A DNA stretch of 64,000 nucleotides from Candidatus Fraserbacteria bacterium (GCA_947085185.1 CAMTVK010000021.1:72409-136408); one strand, 5' to 3'. Numbered from the stretch's first letter, positions 37,001 through 46,986 are shown. Numbers and translations are program-made. Notes: generated by a model not told the origin, from the letters alone.

Positions 37001-40000
37001 GTGGCATGCATGAGCACAGGGTACATGAGGGGCAGAGCGATGCTGGGTCTAGGGATCATTACGATCGTCGGTATTTTGTTGTGGGGAGTTGGGTCGAGTC
37101 GTCTGACGGGATGGAGCCAAGGGGGAGCCCCGGCCTTGCCCGAGCTGCACCCTATCAGCTTAGTGCTCAGCCCCGCCTCCCCGGTTGATAAGGGCGTCTC
37201 TATAGCGGCTCGCACCAAGATCGTCAACACCGGCGGCAGCGCCGCGCCACGCTTCTCTGTAGAATTTTCTTATCGGGTCAAGAGCGATCCCCCTCGCCCG
37301 TGGGTGAGCTTCCCCGACGGCAAAGGGCTCATTATACTCTCGGCCGGGCTTGCCCCTCGTGACCAAGCGATCACCGTCGAGGGGACGCTGGACACCTCAA
37401 AGGCCGAAATCGAGCCAGGCACTTATGAAATTCGAGTCTTGGTCGATTCCACCAATCAGATCTCTGAAGAGGACGAGACGAACAACGAGTTGATCGTGGG
37501 GGTACAGATACGTCCGTCGCAGCTGAACAAGCCCGATCTTGTCCCGATCGCGCTCTCCTTCACCCCGCCATCCCCCCTTGATATTGATGGTCGGACAACC
37601 GTGACGGTGACGCTGCGCAACAGCGGTCCTGTAGACGCGGGTGCCTTCGAAGTGCAGTATCTCTTCTGCAAGCTCCCCACGCCGCGCAGCACCTGCACGC
37701 CGGCTCAGCTCATCGAGTTCGGGCGGGCGAGCGTTTCAGGGCTAAAATCAGGAGAAGAACGCTCAGAAAAGACAGAATTCCCCAACCCCCGCGACCCCAG
37801 CACCGTCAAGCTCGATCCCGGCACATATCTTATCCAAGTGCGAGTAGACCCCACAAGCAAAGAGCAGCCCAACGGCGCTGTCGAAGAGCAAGACGAAGCG
37901 AATAATACCCTCACAGCATCTCTGATGGTCAAGGGTCCGGAGCTCCACCCTGAGAGCATCATGCTCACTCCCACGCCGCTGCGCACCGGCGATGAGGCGC
38001 TCATCACCGTACAAATTGCCAACGCGGGCATGGCTCCAGCGGAGAACGTCACAGTAGCGTTCTCTGTCGATGGGCGGCGCTTCGCGACCGCGACCGTGCC
38101 CCAGATACCCGCAGCCTCTCCCAATGAGCCCGCTCGTCAAGCTGTCCAAGTCAGCCTCAAGACAGCGGAGCTCTCGTTGCAGCCTGGCGCACACGAGCTA
38201 CGGGTCGTCGTCGACCCTGATGATCGCATCAGTGAGCTTGATGAGTCAAATAATACGCTGGCGACGGCGCTGACTCTCCAGCCCCCCTTGCCCCAGCTGC
38301 CCGAGCTCACCCCCAAGAGCCTCCTCGTGACCCCGGCCTCACCCGTTGAGCAAGGGAAGGGCACAGTCACAGCGGAGCTCATCAACACCGGCTTGCGGGT
38401 CGCTGAAGCGTTCGACATTGAGTTTTCTGTGCGCGAGGCCGGGCGAGCCCGCTGGAACCCCATACCGTGTATAGCCAACTGCACCAATAATAAGCTCAAT
38501 CCCAATGCTGAGCTGACCGCCCAAGCGCAGCTACCTTCGCTGGCCCCAGGGGCTTATGAGGTCCGCGTCGTTGTGGACCCCCAGGGGCGCGTCGCTGAAC
38601 TCGACGAGACGAATAACGAAATGCTCATAGGCTTCCGTGTCATTCGACCGCGCCGGCCCGATCTGACGATCACGGAGCTCGCGTTCGATCCGCCCTCGCT
38701 GGCGGCGCACCGTGGGCAGCCCGTCCGTATTCTCTTCACCGTCGAGAACATCGGCGATGCCCCAGCTGACGCCTCAGAAGCTCAGTGTACGTACCGTCGC
38801 CTAGAGGACATCACAAGCATACCCGTTCCCTTTGCGAAGGTCTCCGTGCCGGCCCTCATCGCGGGCGGCAAGTTTGCCGCAGCGTGTCGGCTGGAGACGG
38901 GGCCGCCGCTGCGCCCGGGCTTCTATGAGCTCACGGTAACGGTAGATCCCCAGAACCGTATAGAAGAGCAAAACGAAGGGAATAATATTGCGACCAGCGG
39001 CACAGGGATCCCGGGCCAACCGGGCCAGGGGCAAGCTCTCCTCATCTTCGGGCCTGATCTCATCCCCGATCGCGCCACGTTCAAAGCCAAGCGCCCCAAG
39101 ACCCCAGAGACTATAGCCATGCCGCTCAGCCTTGAAATCACCCAAGGCGAGCTGCTCGAGCTTGAAGTGACCGTCAGAAATGTCGGACAAATCCCGGCCG
39201 GCGGCTTCGACGTCGCCTTCTGCATTCGAGAATATTTCTCTCAGCAACCGTGCACAGAAGTCGGAACGCGATCCCGCACGACGGGCTTAGGGCTGACCGA
39301 TGAGTTCATCGCCAAGACTCAAGTGAGCACTGAGCCCTTGGCGCCGGGAGTCTACGAGCTCGGGGTCCTCGTTGACCCGCCCACGCCGGAGCAGCCCTTT
39401 GGACGCGTCGAAGAAGTCAGCGAGCACAACAATAGTATCGGCGGGCCTCGGGGCACCCGTGGCTTCCAAGTCCTCATAGTCGGGAAACCCGATCTGACCT
39501 TCCGCGAGTCGTTGGTCTTCCAGCCCAGCGGAGCCGTGCCCATTGGCACACCGTTGGGAGTCTTCGCTGATGTCCAAAACATCGGAGCAGGACGGACAAC
39601 CCGCGACTTTAAGGTCGAATACGCCTTCCGACGCGTGGACGACCCTGCTCAGCCCACCCCAGACTTTACGGTCTTTGGCACAGCGACGATCACCGAGCTT
39701 GATGTAGGCCCGGAGAAGGCCAAGCAAGTCAAGGCCGAGCTCGATACGCGCAATCTCGCCCCAGGACTCTACGAGATCCGCGTCACGCTCGATCCGGATA
39801 ATCTCATCCCGGAGCTGAACGAGACGAATAACATACAGACAGCTCGGGTGGTCATCGGCGGAGGTGTTGGATTGGTGGACCTCGCCGCGGTCAGCTTGAC
39901 TATGACCCCCAATCAACCAATAGTATCTCGTGGGCAGATCGTGCGGTTCTCTGCAGTGATCGCCAATCTGGGGTCTGCTCCTTCGGGGCCGTTCACGGTT

Positions 40001-40231
40001 GAGTTCAGCTATCGCGATCTGATGGGGGCGTCAGGGACGGAGCCGGTCTTCAGCCGTCAAACGGTGTCGAACTTAGAAGGTGGAGCACGGACGACGCTCG
40101 TGGCCCATCTGAACACGATCTCGCTCTCCCCTGGGACGTATGAGATCGCCGTCACTGTAGATCCGGAGAACCGCATCTCCGAGCCGAATGAGACCAACAA
40201 TCGCCTGGTGATCTTTCTCACTGTTAACTAA
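37001..40231 (+). CDS. Large surface protein with about 8 CARDB (Ig-like) domains
   Basis: Eight PDL/PEL...N.G...PG.YE..V.VDP...E.[DN]E.NN repeats. Confidence 0.88.
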   Translation: MACMSTGYMRGRAMLGLGIITIVGILLWGVGSSRLTGWSQGGAPALPELHPISLVLSPASPVDKGVSIAARTKIVNTGGSAAPRFSVEFSYRVKSDPPRPWVSFPDGKGLIILSAGLAPRDQAITVEGTLDTSKAEIEPGTYEIRVLVDSTNQISEEDETNNELIVGVQIRPSQLNKPDLVPIALSFTPPSPLDIDGRTTVTVTLRNSGPVDAGAFEVQYLFCKLPTPRSTCTPAQLIEFGRASVSGLKSGEERSEKTEFPNPRDPSTVKLDPGTYLIQVRVDPTSKEQPNGAVEEQDEANNTLTASLMVKGPELHPESIMLTPTPLRTGDEALITVQIANAGMAPAENVTVAFSVDGRRFATATVPQIPAASPNEPARQAVQVSLKTAELSLQPGAHELRVVVDPDDRISELDESNNTLATALTLQPPLPQLPELTPKSLLVTPASPVEQGKGTVTAELINTGLRVAEAFDIEFSVREAGRARWNPIPCIANCTNNKLNPNAELTAQAQLPSLAPGAYEVRVVVDPQGRVAELDETNNEMLIGFRVIRPRRPDLTITELAFDPPSLAAHRGQPVRILFTVENIGDAPADASEAQCTYRRLEDITSIPVPFAKVSVPALIAGGKFAAACRLETGPPLRPGFYELTVTVDPQNRIEEQNEGNNIATSGTGIPGQPGQGQALLIFGPDLIPDRATFKAKRPKTPETIAMPLSLEITQGELLELEVTVRNVGQIPAGGFDVAFCIREYFSQQPCTEVGTRSRTTGLGLTDEFIAKTQVSTEPLAPGVYELGVLVDPPTPEQPFGRVEEVSEHNNSIGGPRGTRGFQVLIVGKPDLTFRESLVFQPSGAVPIGTPLGVFADVQNIGAGRTTRDFKVEYAFRRVDDPAQPTPDFTVFGTATITELDVGPEKAKQVKAELDTRNLAPGLYEIRVTLDPDNLIPELNETNNIQTARVVIGGGVGLVDLAAVSLTMTPNQPIVSRGQIVRFSAVIANLGSAPSGPFTVEFSYRDLMGASGTEPVFSRQTVSNLEGGARTTLVAHLNTISLSPGTYEIAVTVDPENRISEPNETNNRLVIFLTVN

Positions 40232-40376
40232 GATGAGAGCGGGCCTTAACCTGGTGATCGAACCGCGCCTTCAGGGAGATATTCAGGGAGACCCCGCCCA
40301 GGCCCTGAAGGGAAGGATGCATCAACCCGTGGTTAAGGCCCTCTCTTCACTTTTAGATGAGAACAAGGAGGCCATC

Positions 40377-40949
40377 ATGAGACGCACACTCGTGTTCTTC
40401 ATACTTGTGGGGATCGCCACAGGAGCGCTCGCCCAACAGGGCGGCTTCTTTCAGAACTATCCCGGCGGCGCAAGCAAGTCCGTCTACAAGATCACCCAAG
40501 AGAAATCAAGCTATCCCATTCTCCTCACGATGGAGATCCAACCGAGCTCTTCGGATACGTTCACCGTGAAGACAACGAACGAAGTCACGGGCACCCGGGC
40601 AGACCTAGAGCGCGGCGTGCTCGAAGGGTTGGCGCGCGCTCAGCTTGAGGTCAACAGCGAATCTCTCACGGCCCTGAGAAGATTCCTCCCCGATATTCAG
40701 CCCAATACAGTCTATGTGCTCCCCAACGGGGCGCGCTTTGAAGCGGGCGAACGCGATAAGATCGCGGGGGTGGACGTCATCCGTGGGGTGCTCACCGACC
40801 CCAAAAAGCCCAATCAGCGCACTCTGTTAGCCCTGACGCTCAACAGAGCCGTGCCGTTCCCCCCGCTCTTGCAGATTGACGAGCGCCGCGGATTGCTCTT
40901 TGTAAGAGTGTTTACGCTCGAACTGATAGAGTTTTCGATACGCCCGTGA
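40377..40949 (+). CDS. Secreted hypothetical protein
   Basis: AAGGAGG RBS, signal peptide MRRTLVFFILVGIATGALA. Confidence 0.65.
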   Translation: MRRTLVFFILVGIATGALAQQGGFFQNYPGGASKSVYKITQEKSSYPILLTMEIQPSSSDTFTVKTTNEVTGTRADLERGVLEGLARAQLEVNSESLTALRRFLPDIQPNTVYVLPNGARFEAGERDKIAGVDVIRGVLTDPKKPNQRTLLALTLNRAVPFPPLLQIDERRGLLFVRVFTLELIEFSIRP

Positions 40950-40950
40950 T

Positions 40951-42117
40951 ATGCTGCGCGATCTGACGCTCTTAGCTGTGCGCAATCTTGCGGCGCGCAA
41001 AGCCCGCAGCGCGCTCACGCTGATTGGGATCGCCATCGGCATCACGGCCGTAGTGTCGCTGGTCTCGCTGAGTTTAGGAGCGCAACGCGCGATTGAACGA
41101 GAGTTTGCCAAGCTGGGCGCCGATGTCGTTCTAGTCGTACCCGCGGGGAGCTTGGGCGAGCCCAGGCCGGTCCAGCTTGATCTGGCTTTGTTCAAAGATA
41201 TCTCCGGGGTGAGGAGCGTCGGAGCAGTGCGGCGCGAGATACTCTCTGTCAAGAGCGCGTCAACCCCAGGATTTCTCAACGTCGTGGGAATTCTCACAGA
41301 AAGAGGGCTTTCAGGAGAGCTCTTTGGCGGACTTGAGATAGCTTCAGGGAGGCTCTTTGCGCCCGATCAAGACGAAGTCGTGCTCGGCGAGGGCGCCGCG
41401 CGCGATCTGAAAGTAACACCCGGCGAGAGCGTTACTATTCAGGGTCGCCCGTTTCGCGTCGTTGGCCTTCTTAAGCGCACGGGCAATGACCAAGACGACC
41501 ATGCACTGTATCTAGCGCTGGGGAAGCTCGAAGAGCTCGTGGACGAGAAGGGCTTGATCTCGCTCGTGTTTGTGCGAGCCGCCCCAGAGAGAGATCCAAC
41601 AGCGTTGGCCCAAGAGATCCAAAGAGTGTTGAGAGAGTCTGTTGCCGAGCGAGAGTTTGTGGTGCGGTCGTCGAAGCAACTCAGCGACTTGGTGAGCGGG
41701 GTGTTGACAGTGCTGCGGTGGACGCTTGGGGCAATTGCAGGGATCTCCCTGCTGGTGGGTGGGATCGGGCTCACGAATACAATGCTCATGGTGATCGTGG
41801 AGCGCACGCACGAGATCGGGATTCTCAGGGCCATGGGCGCCAGGCGCAGTCACATTATGGTGCTTGTTCTCATAGAATCGGGCATGCTGGGGCTGGCGGG
41901 GGGGCTCGTTGGGCTGCTTGTTGGCGGAGCGATGGCCCAGTCTGTCGCTATCGCTGCTCAGCAGCTTCTCAGAACAGATCTAGTCAGTGCTGCATTGGAC
42001 GGGGTGCTCATCCTAGGGGCTTTGGGGCTTTCGGCGTTCTTGGGAGCAGCGGCGGGGCTATGGCCGGCATGGCAGGCGGCACGACTTGATCCTGCGCAAG
42101 CTCTGCGCTATGAATAA
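40951..42117 (+). CDS. ABC transporter permease, MacB/FtsX family
   Basis: RSALTLIGIAIG, ISLLVGGIG..NTM...ERTHEIGILRAMGA, PA..AARLDP..ALRYE. Confidence 0.9.
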   Translation: MLRDLTLLAVRNLAARKARSALTLIGIAIGITAVVSLVSLSLGAQRAIEREFAKLGADVVLVVPAGSLGEPRPVQLDLALFKDISGVRSVGAVRREILSVKSASTPGFLNVVGILTERGLSGELFGGLEIASGRLFAPDQDEVVLGEGAARDLKVTPGESVTIQGRPFRVVGLLKRTGNDQDDHALYLALGKLEELVDEKGLISLVFVRAAPERDPTALAQEIQRVLRESVAEREFVVRSSKQLSDLVSGVLTVLRWTLGAIAGISLLVGGIGLTNTMLMVIVERTHEIGILRAMGARRSHIMVLVLIESGMLGLAGGLVGLLVGGAMAQSVAIAAQQLLRTDLVSAALDGVLILGALGLSAFLGAAAGLWPAWQAARLDPAQALRYE

Positions 42118-42147
42118 TTATGAATAATATAGTATAATAAACTCCCT

Positions 42148-42435
42148 ATGGCCGCAGCGAAGGATCGTCAGATACGCTCTATACTTGAGGCGCTTGGCGC
42201 ACCCAACGGGCGCGATCTTCTCACCCGCACTGACGCACTCCTGCGCACCTTAGGCGTCTGGGAAGTTGCCCATCGCCTGCGCCCACTTCTGTGTGAACGC
42301 CCTCAGGAAGCGTCAGCGTTTTTAGAATATCTGGCCCAAGAATATCCAGCAACAGCGGATCGCATCCAAATTCTGCTTACGGCCACTAAGGGCGAGGATA
42401 AAGACTTGCTCAAGCGCGAGTTCGGTGGAGATTAA
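42148..42435 (+). CDS. Hypothetical protein
   Basis: ORF with TATAAT 9 nt upstream. No recognised motif. Confidence 0.4.
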   Translation: MAAAKDRQIRSILEALGAPNGRDLLTRTDALLRTLGVWEVAHRLRPLLCERPQEASAFLEYLAQEYPATADRIQILLTATKGEDKDLLKREFGGD

Positions 42436-42457
42436 ACACTACAGGAGGTTACGCTCT

Positions 42458-43132
42458 ATGCAGATCACATTCATCGGTCACGCCGCCGTCGAGATCAAAA
42501 CAGATCAGCACTCCATACTCATAGACCCGTTCATCACCGGAAACCCAGTTGCCAAGCACAAACCAGAAGATTTTCACCCCGATGCTATTCTCTTAACCCA
42601 TGGCCACAGCGACCATCTTGGGGACGCCATTGCGATCAGCAAGCGCACTGGCGCCCCAATCATCGCGATCTTTGAGCTCGCCACATACTGTCAGTCTCAG
42701 GGGGCCAAAGCCATCGGGATGAACATGGGCGGGCCGGGTCGCTTCTCCTTCGGAACCGTGCAGCTCACCCCTGCTTTCCATAGCTCCAGCCATGACGGAC
42801 ATTACTTGGGCGACCCCTGCGGGATCGTGCTCACGACCCTTGAGAACCGCAAGATTTATCACGCGGGCGACACTGCGCTCTTTGGCGACATGGCCCTCAT
42901 CGGAAAACTCGGACTGGATATAGCGTTTCTCCCCATCGGCAGCTACTATACTATGGACCCTGAGGCCGCTGGAGAAGCCGTGCAGTTGCTCAAACCCAAG
43001 ACGGTCATCCCCATTCACTACAACACCCTGCCCGCGATCCAGCAGGACCCCCAACAGTTCAAAGCAAAAGTGGAGGCACAGACCAAAACACACGTGATCA
43101 TCTTGCGCCCCGGCGAAAGCTGGACAGTTTGA
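42458..43132 (+). CDS. Metal-dependent hydrolase (metallo-beta-lactamase fold, UPF0173)
   Basis: IDPFITGNP, THGHSDH, YHAGDT, IPIHYNT. Confidence 0.9.
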   Translation: MQITFIGHAAVEIKTDQHSILIDPFITGNPVAKHKPEDFHPDAILLTHGHSDHLGDAIAISKRTGAPIIAIFELATYCQSQGAKAIGMNMGGPGRFSFGTVQLTPAFHSSSHDGHYLGDPCGIVLTTLENRKIYHAGDTALFGDMALIGKLGLDIAFLPIGSYYTMDPEAAGEAVQLLKPKTVIPIHYNTLPAIQQDPQQFKAKVEAQTKTHVIILRPGESWTV

Positions 43133-43177
43133 GTGAGGGAGCCCGCTGTTATTGAAAAGCTGTGACGGCTGTCGCCC

Positions 43178-43206
43178 TTGACACGGTGAGGGCACTGCCC
43201 CATAAT
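43178..43206 (+). promoter_or_regulatory. Sigma70-type promoter upstream of nrdJ
   Basis: TTGACA-17 nt-CATAAT. Confidence 0.6.
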
Positions 43207-43385
43207 GCTCTGATGAGCGACAGAAGACGCCCAAGCGGAGTGCGCATCACGTTGCGGCACGCCGCGAAAGCGTTATAATCTCCATGAGAAGGGACTTCTC
43301 GTTCCAGCGGCCCGCTCAGCGTGTGACCGATTGGAGTCAGACGTCCAAGAAAGTTTAAGAGAAAGAGATTGAAGAAAGGGGAACG

Positions 43386-46300
43386 ATGGCGCAGAAGACT
43401 CGCACGACCAAGACCACGCCGACTGCCAACGAGACGGTCGAGTTCTTCGGGGGCGACGAGCTGCGGATTCGCTGTTTTTTAGATAAATATGCCCTGCGCG
43501 ATCTGTCGGGAAAGATCATAGAGAAGACACCACTAGAGATGTGGGAGCGTGTGGCGCGCGAGATCGCGTCAGTAGAGACTGATCCCAAGAAGCGTCGCGA
43601 GTGGGAGAAGAGATTCTCTTGGCTCTTGGAAGACTTTCGGTTTATCCCTGGGGGACGGATTATGTTTGGTGCGGGGCAGCCCCGACGCGCTACGTTGCTC
43701 AACTGTTACGTCATTCCCATTAAAGAAGATTCTATTGAAGGAATCTTCGAGTGGTGTAAAGAAGCCGCGCGAACATATTCTCTTGGGGGCGGCGTCGGCA
43801 CGGATATCTCTATCTTGCGCCCCAAAGGCTCCCCCGTCAATAACTCGGCGATCTATTCTTCAGGTTCAGTCAGCTTCATGGAGCTCTTCTCGACCACAAC
43901 GGGGACGATCGGACAAAGCGGCCGGCGCGGCGCCCTCATGATCACCATCAGCGTCGACCATCCTGATATATTAGATTTTATCGAGATCAAGAACGATCCG
44001 GAGCGTCGCAAAGTCCAGTATGCCAATATCAGCGTGCGGGTCACCGACGAGTTCATGAGAGCTGTGGAGCGCGACGAAGAGTTCCTGCTGCGTTATGAGA
44101 GTGAGCGAATCGGGCGGTTTGAGAAGAGGGTTCGGGCGCGCGAGATCTGGGAGAAGCTCGTGAAGAACGCGTGGGCCTCTGCCGAGCCGGGGGTGATCTT
44201 CTGGGACACGGTCAAGCGCGAGTCTACTACCGAATATAACGGCATGGAAGTGATCACGACCAACCCGTGCAGCCTCACAGGGGAGACGCGGGTCTTCACC
44301 CCACAGGGGTTGATACGGCTCGATGAACTTGTGCTCTCCGCGACGCTGACACGCCAGATGCCGCGCGTTCTCATTGACCGTCGCGCTCAAGACAAGAGGG
44401 GCATTGAGGCAGTCGCCGCCGATCGCGTAGCCTTCACAGGGATCAAGCCGATCTGGCGAGTCGAGACCTCTTCGGGGTTCACGCTGAGGGGTACGTGCGA
44501 GCACAAGGTCAAAGTCCTCAACAGCTCAGAGTATGACCCGGAGCACCAGTCATATGGCTGGAAGCGCATAGACGAGCTACGCCCCGGCGATCTCTTAGCT
44601 TTGCCTGATCTGAACGATGAGACTTGGATAGAGCAGGTCTTCAGCGGTCGTTCCTGGGAGCTCCACATCGATGAGAGCTATGTCCAGCCGCGTCGGCGAG
44701 ATGCCCACTATCGCTTCATAAATATCCCCAAGCGCTGGACAGAGGACTTGGCGTATCTGTTGGGATATGCTGTGGGCGATGGCCGGCCTCACAGCAAGCG
44801 TCTCGATTTTGCTGCACCGTTCCAACGCCTGCTCCAGCAGCTAGGGCTTCACCCGGAGAAGGGCGTGGCCAAGCATGTGCCGGAGACGATCTTCCGCGCC
44901 CCACAGGAGATCACCGCAGCGTTCTTGCGTGGGCTCTTCGACGCCGACGGCACAGTCTCCAATCCCTCCCAGCGCCCCATGATCTCACTCTCCTCGATCT
45001 CGCGACAGCTCATCGAAGAGGTGCAGCTATTGCTCCTGCAATTTGGCATCTTCTCCAGCATCACTATCTACAAAGCTGCTGACAAGAACAGATGCCGGAC
45101 GACGCCGTTTTGCTATCGTACAGTCAGCGGAGAAGAGCGCATCTATCAAGCGAAGCACGATCTCCATAAGCTTTGCATCACGAGCTATCCGTGCTTGGAG
45201 CGCTTCTCTCGGTATATCGGGAGTGCGCTCACGGCCCGAAAGCACAAGATCGCGGCACTGCTCGCGCACCGCACCATGCCGCTCCGCCCTGTGACGACCA
45301 CTACCAAAGTCACGCGAGTCGTTCCAGAAGAAGTCTGCGAACCCGTCTACGATCTGACGGTCCTCGATACAAAATCTTTCTTGGGGAACGGGCTCATCGT
45401 GAGCAATTCGGAGATCCCCCTTGAAGCCTACGGCGCGTGCTGTCTGGGCAATATCAATCTTGCGAAATTTGTGCTCGACAGCTTCACTCCCACTGCTCGG
45501 GTCGATTGGCCCACCTTAGAAAAAGCCCTGCGCTACGCGGTGCGCTTTTTAGACAACGTGCTCGACTACAACGCCGACAAACACCCGCTGCCGGCGCAAC
45601 GCGAAGCCTCGCTGAGATCACGCCGGATTGGCGTGGGCTTCACAGGCTTTGGCGATATGCTCATCAAGCTCAATCTCAAATATGACTCCGAGGAAGCTCT
45701 CAAGTTCACAGATAAACTCTTCGAGCGCATCAAGCACATCGTCTACGATGAGAGCACAGAGTTAGCTGTGGAAAAGGGGGTTTTTCCGGCGTTCGACTGC
45801 GAGCAGCATCTGGGGAGCGCGTTCATCAAGCGTCTCGATCGGGCTCTCATTGAGAAGATCAAGAAGAACGGCTTAAGAAACGCGGCGCTGCTCACGGTGC
45901 CGCCGGTGGGGTCCGGATCGGTCTTGGCCGGCTGCTCCTCGGGGATCGAGCCGATCTTTAGTCTGAGCTATGTGAGAAAGTCCAAGTCGCTCAGCAAGAG
46001 CGAGTTTGAGGTCAGCCACCCTCTGGTGCGCGCGTACCTGGAGAAGACAGGACTTTCCAGCATCAATGAGCTTCCCCAGACGTTCGTCACGGCGCACGAG
46101 ATCGAGCCTATGATGCGCGTGCGCATGCAAGCGACCATTCAGAAGCACATTGACCATGCGATCTCCAGCACCGTGAATTTAGCCAAGGACGTCTCGCCCG
46201 AGACTATTGGGGATATATACTTTGAAGCGTGGAAGGCCGGGTGCAAGGGGATTACTGTGTATAGAGAGGGCTCGCGCGAGGGAATCCTGCTCACACAAGC

Positions 46301-46847
46301 AGAGGCCAAAGAGCGCGAAAAACCCGGACGCGCGACGCTCGTGCCGCGCCCACGCCCTAGAGTCGCCAAGGGCAAGACCTACAGAATGAAGACCGAGCTG
46401 GGCACAGTCTTCATCACCGTCAACGAAGACGAAGAGGGGATCTTTGAAGTGTTTGTGCAGGGGCTGGGCAAGTCTGGCACTTCAACCGCCGCGTTCACTG
46501 AGGCGATCGGACGTTTGATCTCACTGGCGTTGCGCTCTGGGGTCAAGCCCAGCGCGATCATCGATCAATTGAGCTTGATTCGTGGCTCGCGCCCAGTCGT
46601 CCAAGAGGACGGCACCGTGGTCTTCTCTGTGCCCGATGCGATCGCGAAAGCACTCGCAGAATATCTCAAAGGTGGGGAGCAGCTGACGCTGCTGGCAGAA
46701 GTGAAGCCGCGGCTGCCGCAACCAACGGAGATCAACGGGCACGATGCCAAGCGCGACGTCGAGCTCTGCCCCAGCTGCGGCGGCGTGCTGATGTTCACCA
46801 ACGGCTGCTATATCTGCAGCGACTGCGGCTTCTCCGAGTGCGATTAG
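43386..46847 (+). CDS. nrdJ: Adenosylcobalamin-dependent (class II) ribonucleotide reductase containing an intein
   Basis: NCYV, RRGALM, NISV, EPG, TNPC|SEIPL...CCLG, RRIGVG, CKGITVYREGSR, C-terminal TSCPD-like domain and Zn ribbon. Confidence 0.95.
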   Translation: MAQKTRTTKTTPTANETVEFFGGDELRIRCFLDKYALRDLSGKIIEKTPLEMWERVAREIASVETDPKKRREWEKRFSWLLEDFRFIPGGRIMFGAGQPRRATLLNCYVIPIKEDSIEGIFEWCKEAARTYSLGGGVGTDISILRPKGSPVNNSAIYSSGSVSFMELFSTTTGTIGQSGRRGALMITISVDHPDILDFIEIKNDPERRKVQYANISVRVTDEFMRAVERDEEFLLRYESERIGRFEKRVRAREIWEKLVKNAWASAEPGVIFWDTVKRESTTEYNGMEVITTNPCSLTGETRVFTPQGLIRLDELVLSATLTRQMPRVLIDRRAQDKRGIEAVAADRVAFTGIKPIWRVETSSGFTLRGTCEHKVKVLNSSEYDPEHQSYGWKRIDELRPGDLLALPDLNDETWIEQVFSGRSWELHIDESYVQPRRRDAHYRFINIPKRWTEDLAYLLGYAVGDGRPHSKRLDFAAPFQRLLQQLGLHPEKGVAKHVPETIFRAPQEITAAFLRGLFDADGTVSNPSQRPMISLSSISRQLIEEVQLLLLQFGIFSSITIYKAADKNRCRTTPFCYRTVSGEERIYQAKHDLHKLCITSYPCLERFSRYIGSALTARKHKIAALLAHRTMPLRPVTTTTKVTRVVPEEVCEPVYDLTVLDTKSFLGNGLIVSNSEIPLEAYGACCLGNINLAKFVLDSFTPTARVDWPTLEKALRYAVRFLDNVLDYNADKHPLPAQREASLRSRRIGVGFTGFGDMLIKLNLKYDSEEALKFTDKLFERIKHIVYDESTELAVEKGVFPAFDCEQHLGSAFIKRLDRALIEKIKKNGLRNAALLTVPPVGSGSVLAGCSSGIEPIFSLSYVRKSKSLSKSEFEVSHPLVRAYLEKTGLSSINELPQTFVTAHEIEPMMRVRMQATIQKHIDHAISSTVNLAKDVSPETIGDIYFEAWKAGCKGITVYREGSREGILLTQAEAKEREKPGRATLVPRPRPRVAKGKTYRMKTELGTVFITVNEDEEGIFEVFVQGLGKSGTSTAAFTEAIGRLISLALRSGVKPSAIIDQLSLIRGSRPVVQEDGTVVFSVPDAIAKALAEYLKGGEQLTLLAEVKPRLPQPTEINGHDAKRDVELCPSCGGVLMFTNGCYICSDCGFSECD
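44271..45407 (+). mobile_element. Intein (379 aa) with LAGLIDADG homing-endonuclease remnants
   Basis: Block A SLTGETRV, block B TCEH, LLGYAVGDG and FLRGLFDADG, block F VYDLTV, block G GLIVSN|S. Removal restores TTNPCSEIPL. Confidence 0.9.
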
Positions 46848-46986
46848 ACTGCTCTGGTGCTGGCGGGGAGCCCTCACCCCCAGGCTTCGCCTGGACCGTA
46901 CGCCGTGCCGCCGTAGGCGGCACGATGAACAGTCCAGACGGAGTCTGGCGAAGCCTGGGGGGAAGGCCGCGCACCGGTGGGTGACG

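Noticed and set aside
40233..40376. N-terminal 48 aa of the 40233 ORF
   Set aside because: It runs through the palindromic element. The RBS and signal peptide start at 40377.
43201..43277. Hammerhead-like CTGATGAG...CGAAA upstream of nrdJ
   Set aside because: Stem I is absent and stem II is only 3 bp. The sequence also overlaps a promoter -10 box.
43133..43385. Cobalamin riboswitch or NrdR boxes expected before class II RNR
   Set aside because: I could not find a B12 box or convincing NrdR palindromes.
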